Below, one piece after another: positions 17,984 through 26,674 of a DNA stretch of 64,000 nt. A program made the position numbers and the translations under genes. The first letter of the stretch is position 1. Each line of letters begins with the position of its first letter. Below the pieces are notes generated by a model. The model made no database searches. It saw nothing but the letters and a program-made list of their open reading frames with translations, and was not told where the DNA came from. This stretch comes from Cyanobacteria bacterium REEB67 (lineage in GTDB: Bacteria > Cyanobacteriota > Vampirovibrionia > Obscuribacterales > Obscuribacteraceae), in assembly GCA_018971775.1 (NCBI GenBank), contig JAGXAB010000022.1, forward strand, positions 5,505 through 69,504. The letters are read 5' to 3'.

Positions 17984-18580
17984 ATGGCTCGCAAAATCGA
18001 TCCGGCAAAAAGAGAAGCGATTTTAAAGGCGGCGCGCATGGTCTTCCTGCGCGATGGCTACGATGAGTCGCGGATGTCGGTGATTGCAGCCGAGGCTTCC
18101 GTTGCTCCCGGCACGCTCTATTTGTATTTCGATTCGAAAGAAGCGCTGGCCAGCTCGATTGGCGAACAAATTTTTGCCCGCTTAATCAAAGAATTTGCCC
18201 AGGTGATAAACGGTCTCGGTACGCCGGCTGGTGTTGACACTCTTGTCGAATGGTCGGCGAGTATTGCCGCTGAAGAGCGCGACCTCTTGAAATTGATCAA
18301 GATGCAGGCGCAAAAAGCCGATAAGCATGCCGAAGTCGGCCCCAAGCAAGAGTTCAAAAAGCATCTCACCAACCTGCTCGGTCATCTGATGAAAACGCCC
18401 GGTGTGCGTCAGTATGAAGCGGCCAGTCTTTCTGAAATCGTTTTCTTTTTGCTGAGCGGTATTTTCGAGACCTGTTTATATGATGAGAGTCAGGATATCG
18501 AGCGCATCAAAAAAGCCACCGCCGATGTGCTTAAACACGCGCTTTTCGAGGACTCTGTTTTAATGGCTGTGAAGCCCTGA
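17984..18580 (+). CDS. TetR family transcriptional regulator
   Basis: AILKAARMVFLRDGYDESRMSVIAAEASVAPGTLYLYFDSKEAL is the TetR helix-turn-helix region. I chose the ATG at 17984 (aggaga at 17975-17980). The ORF track starts earlier, at 17903. Confidence 0.8.
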   Translation: MARKIDPAKREAILKAARMVFLRDGYDESRMSVIAAEASVAPGTLYLYFDSKEALASSIGEQIFARLIKEFAQVINGLGTPAGVDTLVEWSASIAAEERDLLKLIKMQAQKADKHAEVGPKQEFKKHLTNLLGHLMKTPGVRQYEAASLSEIVFFLLSGIFETCLYDESQDIERIKKATADVLKHALFEDSVLMAVKP

Positions 18581-18581
18581 A

Positions 18582-19016
18582 CTATTGGAATAACCGTGGA
18601 TCAAACTGAAATGCAGATGTACGCACAGTTTTCACGGATGGCATTTCCGGGTGTAATGGGTTTAAAATCAGATTTTTCTCAACAGACAATACCGCGCTGG
18701 GCACCATTAGTCCGAGGCTCGTACAGCCAGACAGCCAGTTGTCCCCGTGTGTAGCTGCGGCAATCTCGTTGGGCGCCGTTGACCCTGCGAACTGCGTAAT
18801 GCTAACTTCATTCGGGACTTCAATTTCCAGCCACACCAGATCAATTGGCAGGTTGTCGGAGTTTACGTGAACTAAGTATTCTAGAGTCGCCAATGAGAGA
18901 TGCTCTGACGTATAAATCGCTGGCTTGCCGGCGTTGTTCCAGCGACCTCCATATAACCTGGCCCCTTCCCCATCAAGAGCTACGTGGGCCTGCTTGCAAA
19001 TGCGGAACACGATCAT
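18582..19016 (-). CDS. RES-domain toxin (MbcT/ParT-like NAD+-targeting family)
   Basis: It carries GARLYGGRWNNAG, IYTSEHLSLATLEYLVH and a conserved distal S/E region. Its start overlaps the antitoxin stop by 1 nt. Confidence 0.85.
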   Translation of the reverse strand: MIVFRICKQAHVALDGEGARLYGGRWNNAGKPAIYTSEHLSLATLEYLVHVNSDNLPIDLVWLEIEVPNEVSITQFAGSTAPNEIAAATHGDNWLSGCTSLGLMVPSAVLSVEKNLILNPLHPEMPSVKTVRTSAFQFDPRLFQ

Positions 19017-19444
19017 CAGGAAAAAATGCCGTGGGCTATTCGACCCAATATTGATTCAACAATTCGTGCACCGTAATCAGTGCGTAGCAAATCCAGCGGT
19101 AAATGATTTTTTATCGCCCGGTTCGGTGTCCTGAGCCATTTTCGCGCTTTTTCGTGGGTGCCAAATACCTCAACTGCAAAATCATGAATCCGTGCCAACC
19201 TGGCAACTAGATCCGATTCTTCTGCGGTCAAACGCTTCTGTTCACCTTTTCTTCTTGCTAGAGTTCTAGCCGGAATGAAGGTTTTAAGTTCTGCCGCATC
19301 AACTATTCCTTGATTTTCCATTGCTTCTAGCGTTGCAAAAGGTAATCCTTGGTTGAGCATGTCGAACATTTCAACCTCGGAATTGACCGCTTGCGGCAAT
19401 GTGGCTGTAGCGGACAATGTCTTAATAACTCTTTCTTTGTCCAT
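19016..19444 (-). CDS. Xre/MbcA/ParS-type antitoxin (DUF2384 toxin-binding domain)
   Basis: The C-terminus reads KARKWLRTPNRAIKNHLPLDLLRTDYGARIVESILGRIAHG, typical of DUF2384. It sits directly upstream of the RES gene. Confidence 0.8.
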   Translation of the reverse strand: MDKERVIKTLSATATLPQAVNSEVEMFDMLNQGLPFATLEAMENQGIVDAAELKTFIPARTLARRKGEQKRLTAEESDLVARLARIHDFAVEVFGTHEKARKWLRTPNRAIKNHLPLDLLRTDYGARIVESILGRIAHGIFS

Positions 19445-19478
19445 AGTTTCACCGTTTTGCCATTTGCCTAAATTGTAA

Positions 19479-19490
19479 CGCCATTTGGCG
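19479..19490. promoter_or_regulatory. Perfect palindrome CGCCA-TT-TGGCG upstream of the antitoxin, a candidate autoregulatory operator
   Basis: It lies 35 nt upstream of the antitoxin ATG. Related half-sites flank it: ttgccatttgcc (19458-19469) and cacttggcaag (19491-19501). Confidence 0.3.
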
Positions 19491-19612
19491 CACTTGGCAA
19501 GCGCGGCGCAAATGTTTGTCGGTTTGGTCAGGCTATGTAATAAACGCCCTGCCTCTTCGCAAGGTTCAAAATTTTGACGATATTTGGCAGAGGCTGATTA
19601 AAAATGCCGCTT

Positions 19613-20584
19613 CTAATCCAATCTGTAGCGCTCGCCGCCTGCCTTCAGGCTTTCGACCAGCTCCCACTCTTCATCTTTTATGTCATAGACGGCGAAGCGG
19701 CAATCAAAGGCTTTGGTGAAGCCGCGACCGATTGCTTCTTCTATCGCGGTGCGGTCGACGTCGTTTGCCAGAAGATCTCGCAGATTGAAATGCCTGGGCG
19801 GAGGCGTGGCGTCGATTTTACGATCATCGATTTCAGCGCTATCACTGCTAATTTCGCCATTTTTCAATGCTTGCGATGATGCTGCTTTATCGCTTTCACC
19901 GAGCAACTCGGCCATTTTGTCCTGGGCCTGATTGAGAATGATCGAGCCGTGCTGCATGACACCATTGCGTCTGCGCAATTGCGCCGACCCGACCAGCTTC
20001 TTCCCCTCATATTGGAGATCGGCTTGCGTCGTGGCCTGGAAGCAGTCCTCGTTGTTTTTGTAGGAGCCGTCCGTGCTCTTGCCCAGAGACGTTTCTACAC
20101 CGAGCTCGGTCAGGCCGTTAATCAAAGCATTGCATATTTGTCTGTAAGCACGCGCCACAGATGATTCTAGAATGGCTTCGTAAGGGCTTTCATAGAGGAG
20201 TTGTGAATCGGGCTCGAAGTCGCTCTGTTCGACAAGTGCCAGTTTTTGCGCCGTCGAAAAGTCTATCGTCTCGCTTTTGCTCGAGGCAATAAAACAATAG
20301 GTGAGTTCTCCTTCGTGGAGCACGGCACGACCGCCGGTCGGTCTGCGCACGACATCGTAACCGGCTTTTTTGATGCGGGCGATTGTTTCGGGCGCCACTT
20401 TTTGAGCATAGCCAAAAGATACCGCCGGTGGTGTCCAGCCATAAAAGCGCAGGGTCGGAGGGGTCTTGCCCTGCAGATGCAGCTCGAGTAAAGCCTCATC
20501 GACGGCCATGTTTGTCTCGGCGTCGTATTCTTCGTACGGCACCAGACGAAATGTCCGCGACCTGATTTTGGGCATGACGATCAA
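19613..20584 (-). CDS. Lipoate--protein ligase / octanoyltransferase family protein (BPL_LplA_LipB domain)
   Basis: It carries LRFYGWTPPAVSFGYAQ, VVRRPTGGRAVLHEGELTYCF and KLVGSAQLRRRNGVMQHGSI (catalytic Lys region). The true start may be the ATG at 20575 rather than the TTG at 20584. Confidence 0.7.
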   Translation of the reverse strand: MIVMPKIRSRTFRLVPYEEYDAETNMAVDEALLELHLQGKTPPTLRFYGWTPPAVSFGYAQKVAPETIARIKKAGYDVVRRPTGGRAVLHEGELTYCFIASSKSETIDFSTAQKLALVEQSDFEPDSQLLYESPYEAILESSVARAYRQICNALINGLTELGVETSLGKSTDGSYKNNEDCFQATTQADLQYEGKKLVGSAQLRRRNGVMQHGSIILNQAQDKMAELLGESDKAASSQALKNGEISSDSAEIDDRKIDATPPPRHFNLRDLLANDVDRTAIEEAIGRGFTKAFDCRFAVYDIKDEEWELVESLKAGGERYRLD

Positions 20585-21954
20585 GTGATGCTGGCCTTAA
20601 TCAGCGTCGATTTGAGCACGGGCGAGCCGCTAAAAGTGTAGGCTTCAATAAGCTTGGCCGTCGCCTGTTTGTATTGTTCTTCGCTCTGGCAGTGCACCGT
20701 CGCCAGTGACTGGCCGACTTCGACCGCGTCGCCGACCTTTGCTTTGAGCACGACTCCGACGGCCAGATCAATTGGATCGCCTTTCTTGGCTCGTCCAGCT
20801 CCCATGATTTTGCAGGCTTCGGCGACTTTTTTGCCGTCCAGATTGCCGATCCATTGTTTGGCTTGTTTCCCTGATAGCGATTTTTCTTGCCCATCACAGA
20901 TGATTGTGGCCGGCATCAAAAACTCTTTTTGCATCTTGGCCGTCGGCATCAAGCTGTAATTGTCGAGGACGCGGGCATCGCCACCCTGGGCGCTGATCAG
21001 TGTGCCGAAAGTCTTGAGCGCTTCGCCCGAGCTAATCAAATCCTGCAATTTTTTCACCGCTTCTGCTACGTCTTTTGCCTTGCCGGCCTGCACCAGGGCA
21101 AGCGAGCCCAGCTCCATGCAGAGCTCGATCAGATCATGCGGTCCGCGGCCCTTTAAAGTCTCGATTGCTTCGATTACTTCGGTCGTATGTCCGACAGCCA
21201 TGCCCAGCGGTTGCTCCATATCGGTCACCACCGCCAGTACCGGTCTGTTCAATTTGCGTCCGACGGCGGCCATGGTTTTGGCCAGGGAGACGGCCTTTTC
21301 TTCGGTGTCCATGAAGGCACCTTTGCCGCATTTGACGTCGAGGATGATCAAATTTGTACCGGCGGCCATTTTTTTAGAGACGATCGATGCGGCGATTAAG
21401 GGGATCGACTCGACCGTGCCGGTGACGTCGCGCATGGCGTAGAGATGACCGTCGGCAGGCGCGAGCTCAGCTGTCTGACCGGCGATGGCCATGCCGATTT
21501 TCTTCACCTGCTCGATAAAATGCTCGATGCTGATGTCGACTTTGAAGCCGGGAATCGCTTCCAGCTTGTCGATGGTGCCGCCGGTATGACCGAGGCCGCG
21601 CCCGGATAGCTTGGCCATCGGGATGCCGGCTGCGCAGAGCAAGGGGACAAAGACCAGGGTCGTTTTGTCGCCGACACCGCCGGTCGAGTGCTTGTCGCCG
21701 ACGAGCGGTCCGACATCTGAGAGATCCAGTACTTGTCCGGAGTGGCACATGGCGTCGGTGAGCCAGGCGCATTCGTCGAGCTCCATGCCTCTCCAGCAGA
21801 CGGCCATGAGCCAGGACGAGAGTTGATAGTCAGGAATGGAGCGGTCCATGACGCCGTCAATCAAGAATTTAATTTCATCCCGGCTGTGTTTTTTTCCGGA
21901 CCTTTTCGCGAGAATGACGTCGAGCATACGTATCGGCTGGGCACTTGAAACCAT
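20581..21954 (-). CDS. pdp: Thymidine / pyrimidine-nucleoside phosphorylase
   Basis: It carries DKHSTGGVGDKTTL, GRGLGHTGGTIDKLE and a C-terminal MGAGRAKKGDPIDLAVG. It overlaps the downstream ligase-family gene by 4 nt. Confidence 0.9.
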   Translation of the reverse strand: MVSSAQPIRMLDVILAKRSGKKHSRDEIKFLIDGVMDRSIPDYQLSSWLMAVCWRGMELDECAWLTDAMCHSGQVLDLSDVGPLVGDKHSTGGVGDKTTLVFVPLLCAAGIPMAKLSGRGLGHTGGTIDKLEAIPGFKVDISIEHFIEQVKKIGMAIAGQTAELAPADGHLYAMRDVTGTVESIPLIAASIVSKKMAAGTNLIILDVKCGKGAFMDTEEKAVSLAKTMAAVGRKLNRPVLAVVTDMEQPLGMAVGHTTEVIEAIETLKGRGPHDLIELCMELGSLALVQAGKAKDVAEAVKKLQDLISSGEALKTFGTLISAQGGDARVLDNYSLMPTAKMQKEFLMPATIICDGQEKSLSGKQAKQWIGNLDGKKVAEACKIMGAGRAKKGDPIDLAVGVVLKAKVGDAVEVGQSLATVHCQSEEQYKQATAKLIEAYTFSGSPVLKSTLIKASIT

Positions 21955-21971
21955 TTAAACTCCTGCGCCTC

Positions 21972-21999
21972 TTGACGACTCGGGTTAGACCTGCATAAT
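21972..21999 (+). promoter_or_regulatory. Candidate sigma70-type promoter for the mqnA-like gene
   Basis: TTGACG (21972-21977) is followed by a 16-nt spacer and CATAAT (21994-21999), about 80 nt upstream of the start at 22078. Confidence 0.3.
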
Positions 22000-22077
22000 T
22001 GAAATAGGGAGCGCGACCGCAAGAAATATACTAGAAGTAACTCTGGTCCGTTCCCACTATTTTACGAAAGTGTCCCT

Positions 22078-22938
22078 TTGATTTTGGCATCCCCTCTCTC
22101 CCCTCTTCCCCCTCTCAAGTCAGTCTGCGCTTTTGGGCAGATTGACTTTATCAATGTCTTGCCGATTACTCATGTTTTGCGCGCTGAGAAGCCGGCCAAC
22201 ATGTCGCTCGTCATGGACAATCCAGGTGATCTCAATCGCAAATATCTGCGCAAAGAGCTCGACCTCGGTGCGATGAGCAGCCATTATTTTTTGCAAGACG
22301 GGGGCTTTGAGCTATTCCCTGATATTTCAATCTCGGCCCAGGGACCGGTCGGTTCGGTTCTTTTCTTCAGTCGCAGGCCCCTCGGTGAGCTCGATCGAGT
22401 CCGCGTTGGCGTGCCGCTTGCCTCCGCTTCATCGGTACAGCTGCTCCACATTTTGTTGAAGGAAAGCTATGGCGTGCAGGCTCATTTTGTACCGCTGGCC
22501 AGGCCGGAATTGCCAGAAGGCGTTGATGATGTGCCCCTTGATGCTTTTTTGCTGATCGGCGACCGGGCTCTCACTGTCGATGATGATTTGACCAGAAGCG
22601 GTGCCATCTCTCATTATGAGCGCCTCGATCTGGGTCAGTGGTGGTGCGAGAAATACAAATTACCAATGGTATTTGGTGTCTGGGGCGCGCGCAAGAGCTG
22701 GCAAGAAGCCAATGCCGAAGATTTTGCCAGTATTGCCGCCTTCCTCGCCGGCTCCTACGCCAGAGGCCTGGGTGACGATTTTGCAGTGGTGCTGGCTGAA
22801 GCTTCAGAGCGCACGGGCCTGGACATCGAGCGCTTGCGCCATTATTATCGCTCCGAGCTTGACTACACCTTCACCCCTGCACACGCTGAAGGATTGGCTC
22901 TCTATCAAGACCTCTGCCGCAAATACGAGTTGCTCTGA
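22078..22938 (+). CDS. mqnA: MqnA-like chorismate dehydratase (futalosine menaquinone pathway; MqnA/MqnD/SBP family)
   Basis: The product contains GQIDFINVLPI...NPGDLNRKYLRKELDLGAMSSHYF...FPDISISAQGPVGSVLFFSRRP, which matches the MqnA pattern. The start codon is TTG. Confidence 0.7.
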   Translation: MILASPLSPLPPLKSVCAFGQIDFINVLPITHVLRAEKPANMSLVMDNPGDLNRKYLRKELDLGAMSSHYFLQDGGFELFPDISISAQGPVGSVLFFSRRPLGELDRVRVGVPLASASSVQLLHILLKESYGVQAHFVPLARPELPEGVDDVPLDAFLLIGDRALTVDDDLTRSGAISHYERLDLGQWWCEKYKLPMVFGVWGARKSWQEANAEDFASIAAFLAGSYARGLGDDFAVVLAEASERTGLDIERLRHYYRSELDYTFTPAHAEGLALYQDLCRKYELL

Positions 22939-22971
22939 CTTATCTGAAATATTTGTTTTAGATTAGATTAA

Positions 22972-23007
22972 ACGGCGTTATACTGGAGATTCAGAAGAAA
23001 ACGCCGT
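22972..23007 (+). terminator. Weak hairpin after the mqnA-like gene
   Basis: acggcgtt (22972-22979) pairs with aacgccgt (23000-23007). The loop is large at 20 nt and only a short T tract follows. Confidence 0.25.
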
Positions 23008-23032
23008 CCTTTAGTAGCTGACGTAAATACAA

Positions 23033-24439
23033 ATGTCGCCCGGTTTTGAAGACACAGGTTTGCCTTATCGCGATCCCCAGAGGGATGGCCCTTTTGTCTT
23101 GCGCAATCGCTGGCAGGTTGTCGACTATCTCGGCCAGGGCGGTATGGGTACTGTCTACCTTGGCAAAGACCTCAACTTAGATGAACGCAAGTGCGTCGTC
23201 AAAAAGCTGCGCGATGATTTTTTCCGCGAGGAAGACAAAGAAAAGGCGCAGCAGTTTTTCCTGCGCGAAGCAAAAGTCTTAAGTAAGCTGACCCACCCAA
23301 ATATCGTCCTCGTACTCGATTCTTTTCGCGAAGGCGATGACTATTATCTGGTCATGGAGTATGTCGAAGGTCATAACCTGCACGACATGCTCAAGGAGCG
23401 TGAAGAGCCCTTTCCCGAAGAGCAGGTGCTTACCTGGGCACGTCAGGTGTGCGACGTTTTGCACTATTTGCATTGCAATGATCCGCCGGTCATTTACCGT
23501 GATCTCAAGCCAAGCAACATCATGATCGATACCAAAGACCGGGTTAAACTGGTCGATTTTGGTATCGCCCGGCTCTATCAGGAGGAAGGCGACAACACGC
23601 ATGTCGTCTCCCAGGGCTATTCTCCACCGGAGCAATACTGGGGCGGGGCCGATCCGCGCTCTGACGTTTATGCTCTTGGTGCCACCGTTTATTTCCTCCT
23701 TACCGGTGAAGAGCCACTGGCTCTGACTGTCTCCTCTCCCCGCGATATGCGGGCGGACGTTTCGGAGGCCGCTGATTTGATCGTGCAGCGAGCCACGCAA
23801 CAGGACGTCTTTTTGCGCTATCAATCAGCCGCAGAGATGAAAGAAGAGCTCGATTATGTACTGGACGGCGACCCGCAGCCGGTGCAGCAGTTTAAATGGT
23901 TGGAGATGGCAGTTGGTCTGGTCGTCATGTTTGCCTCGGTGGGCGGTTGGTTTGCCTACAGCAAGTATATGGAAGTAAGTAACCAGGCTCAGCAAGCGGC
24001 AAAAACCAATGCCGACAAAAATCATGAACTGGAAGCCGAGCTTCGTCAGGTCAAGATACGCGAAGAACAGCTGCGCAAGATGGTCGATGAAAATAACGCT
24101 CTGCGCTCCAAAGGTGGTCATCGACCACTGATCGGCATGCCAGATGGCCGAGAAGCACCGTCCAACGGTACCGGTGGCGGTGGCTCTCCTTTTGCTCCTT
24201 TTGGCTTTGGCGGATTGGGTCAACAAAGGCAGTCACAGTCGGCCGAAGAAGGACGCGGCAGTGCCGGCGAGATATCCTCTCCTGTGGCTATGACATATCC
24301 AAGCTATAGCGAAAGTGGTTCCATTGGTGAGGGCGGTGCCAGGAGTAAATTTAAAGAACAGGCGCTGGTGGACCGTGACGAGAGTCAGCTAACCGATCCA
24401 GAAGGCCTGGCCCCAATGGAAGAAGACACCCAGCGCTGA
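23033..24439 (+). CDS. Hanks-type Ser/Thr protein kinase with one TM helix and a coiled-coil, Gly-rich C-terminal region
   Basis: It carries GQGGMGTVY, CVVKKL, YRDLKPSNIM, DFGIA and GYSPPE. The TM helix is WLEMAVGLVVMFASVGGWFAY. Confidence 0.9.
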   Translation: MSPGFEDTGLPYRDPQRDGPFVLRNRWQVVDYLGQGGMGTVYLGKDLNLDERKCVVKKLRDDFFREEDKEKAQQFFLREAKVLSKLTHPNIVLVLDSFREGDDYYLVMEYVEGHNLHDMLKEREEPFPEEQVLTWARQVCDVLHYLHCNDPPVIYRDLKPSNIMIDTKDRVKLVDFGIARLYQEEGDNTHVVSQGYSPPEQYWGGADPRSDVYALGATVYFLLTGEEPLALTVSSPRDMRADVSEAADLIVQRATQQDVFLRYQSAAEMKEELDYVLDGDPQPVQQFKWLEMAVGLVVMFASVGGWFAYSKYMEVSNQAQQAAKTNADKNHELEAELRQVKIREEQLRKMVDENNALRSKGGHRPLIGMPDGREAPSNGTGGGGSPFAPFGFGGLGQQRQSQSAEEGRGSAGEISSPVAMTYPSYSESGSIGEGGARSKFKEQALVDRDESQLTDPEGLAPMEEDTQR

Positions 24440-24802
24440 CCAGCTCTGAAAACTCGTCCTCGGAACCTGTTTGCCTGTCGCCCCTCGATCTTTGGTTCTT
24501 GACAACATTAATTTCTTTGCCACTTGGCAAGTTTTAATTACTCTAATCAGTGCCCGTTCTTGGAACAAATGAGGTAAAGTCAAGAGGTGGCCTGCGTTGC
24601 GGATGTTGAACCGGCCATATGTCCCGCCTAAAATACGGAACACGCTTGTATAGATCAGCGTCCACTTTGACAGTCGGGTGATTCTCGAAAGCCAAGAGGT
24701 ATCTTATAATAGAGATTATCGAGGCAAAATTTTCTCTATCTCCCGGGCAGTTATAGTTGTATCAGCGTCAGGAACTAAAGGCATAGCCTTCTGGATTGAA
24801 AA

Positions 24803-25645
24803 ATGGCAAATATCAAAAAACCCTTCAACTTCTCACTTTCTTCTTTGCCTCGGCCGCGCTGGAATGTCCTGGACATGATCCATATCGTCGGCAAGCAATC
24901 CATACCGACCTATCTTTTTTGTGATGTCGATATGACTTGGGCCGAGAATATGCGCGGTCAGCTCAAAGCTGCCGGTCAGAAAGTGACGATTACCGCCATC
25001 TTGCTCAAAGCGATCGCCATCGCCCAGAGAGCTCATCCAGAGAGTCGTACGTCTCTGTTGCCCTTTGGTAAGACCGTCACCTTCCACGATATCGTCGCCG
25101 GTTTTACCGTCGAGCGTTTCATTGGTGAACAGCCGGCCGTGTTTTTCGGTGCCATCGACAATCCCGACACCAAATCAGTCGAAGAAATTTCCACCGAGCT
25201 CAAGCATTATGCCGAAGCCGATATGTCGGCCATCGCCCATCTTGATCGTCAGCACAAATTCAACAGCTGCCCCTGGTGGTTCAGAAGACTCATTCTCTGG
25301 GCCGGTCTGCGTTTCCCCAAGGTACGTCTGACATTCATGGGCGCCACCTTCGGCCTCAGCTCGCTGGGTAAATGGGGCATGACCGGACTTATTCCTCCCT
25401 GCGTTTCCACCTCTACCTTTGGTATCGGTTCGGTCGAGCCGCGCCCGGTCGCCCGCGACGGCAAGGTCGAGATCCGGCCGATGATGACGATCATTCTCAA
25501 CTTCGATCACCGCCTGATCGACGGCGGACCGGCGGCGAGATTTATGGCCGACGTCAAACGACTGCTGGAAGGTGATCTGGAAAATTACATTCAGGTCGAT
25601 GTGCCGGAGAGCAAGATTTCGCTCGACCAGGCCTTGCTCTCGTAA
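24803..25645 (+). CDS. 2-oxoacid dehydrogenase acyltransferase (E2) catalytic-domain-only protein
   Basis: The C-terminus has the LNFDHRLIDGGPAARFMADVKRLLE active-site motif. No lipoyl or subunit-binding domain lies upstream. Confidence 0.75.
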   Translation: MANIKKPFNFSLSSLPRPRWNVLDMIHIVGKQSIPTYLFCDVDMTWAENMRGQLKAAGQKVTITAILLKAIAIAQRAHPESRTSLLPFGKTVTFHDIVAGFTVERFIGEQPAVFFGAIDNPDTKSVEEISTELKHYAEADMSAIAHLDRQHKFNSCPWWFRRLILWAGLRFPKVRLTFMGATFGLSSLGKWGMTGLIPPCVSTSTFGIGSVEPRPVARDGKVEIRPMMTIILNFDHRLIDGGPAARFMADVKRLLEGDLENYIQVDVPESKISLDQALLS

Positions 25646-25657
25646 ATCAGAGCCAGT

Positions 25658-26674
25658 CTATTCTTTAGTGGATCTTTCGATCAACTCGCGGATAGCGGGC
25701 ACGGCGCTACGCGCGGCCGCCTGGCCGGCCTCGACGCATTTTTTTGCATCGGCGCTATCGGTTGAGATCAAGCCGACTCCGGTCACTTCCGGATGGATAA
25801 TGAAGTCGGCCATGGCTTGCTGGTCTTGATCGATGACCGAATAATGCATAGTCATGACCCGGTGCGCCACACTGCCAAATTTCTTGAAAGTCGGCTCGGC
25901 GGTAGGGACAATCTTTTCGTCGATGTCCACGGCGATGACGATATCGGCACCCATTTTTTTTGTGCGCTCGACCGGTAAATTATCGAGGACGCCGGCGTCT
26001 ACATACAGAGCGCTACCCAGCTTGACCGGCTTGCGCAGTGCCGGTATGGCGCAACTGGCCTGGAGGGCGCGGCTGAGATTGCCGGTAGTGATCGTGCAGG
26101 CTTTGCCGTCGATTAGATTGACGGCGACGGCGCCAAACGGGATGCGCATGTCTTCAATGTTGCGTTCGGTGGCCGGCAACTGCTTGTTTAAATAATTGGC
26201 GAATTTTCTGCCGCGATAAAGGCCGTCATAAGATTCGATGCCGAGCAGCTTCGGTGTGTAGAAGAGCGGTATGACCAGCACTCTGAGGGTGAGCGGTACG
26301 GTCAAAAAGGCGTGCATAAATTTCTTTTTGGTAAATTGCTCTTCGATATGCATCGGCGTCATGCCGGCGCTATACAGACCACCGACGACCGCGCCCGTGC
26401 TGCTGCCGACTATGTAGTCTATCGGGATGCCTTCTTCTTCCAGGACTTTTAAAACGCCGACATGGGCCGCCGCTCGGACGCCGCCGCCGCCCAGAGCCAG
26501 TCCTATCTTGGGGCGATGGTTCGGCGCACTTTCGACATGCGAAATTTGACCGCTTTTTGGTGTGTCGGCCCAGGCCTCTGTTGCCGGCAAAAGACTGCTC
26601 AGCACCAGGGATGGTATCAAAAATAAATGGCAGGGATGCGGACGATTTTTTCTGTGCTTCAAGACCAGATCCAT
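25658..26674 (-). CDS. Patatin-like phospholipase with an N-terminal signal/anchor sequence
   Basis: It carries GLALGGGGVRAAAH (oxyanion GGGxR), GSSTG (GxSxG) and YVDAGVLDNLP (catalytic Asp). I chose the start at MDLVLKH (26674). The 513-aa ORF-track version extends upstream through the preceding gene in another frame and looks like an artefact. Confidence 0.85.
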   Translation of the reverse strand: MDLVLKHRKNRPHPCHLFLIPSLVLSSLLPATEAWADTPKSGQISHVESAPNHRPKIGLALGGGGVRAAAHVGVLKVLEEEGIPIDYIVGSSTGAVVGGLYSAGMTPMHIEEQFTKKKFMHAFLTVPLTLRVLVIPLFYTPKLLGIESYDGLYRGRKFANYLNKQLPATERNIEDMRIPFGAVAVNLIDGKACTITTGNLSRALQASCAIPALRKPVKLGSALYVDAGVLDNLPVERTKKMGADIVIAVDIDEKIVPTAEPTFKKFGSVAHRVMTMHYSVIDQDQQAMADFIIHPEVTGVGLISTDSADAKKCVEAGQAAARSAVPAIRELIERSTKE

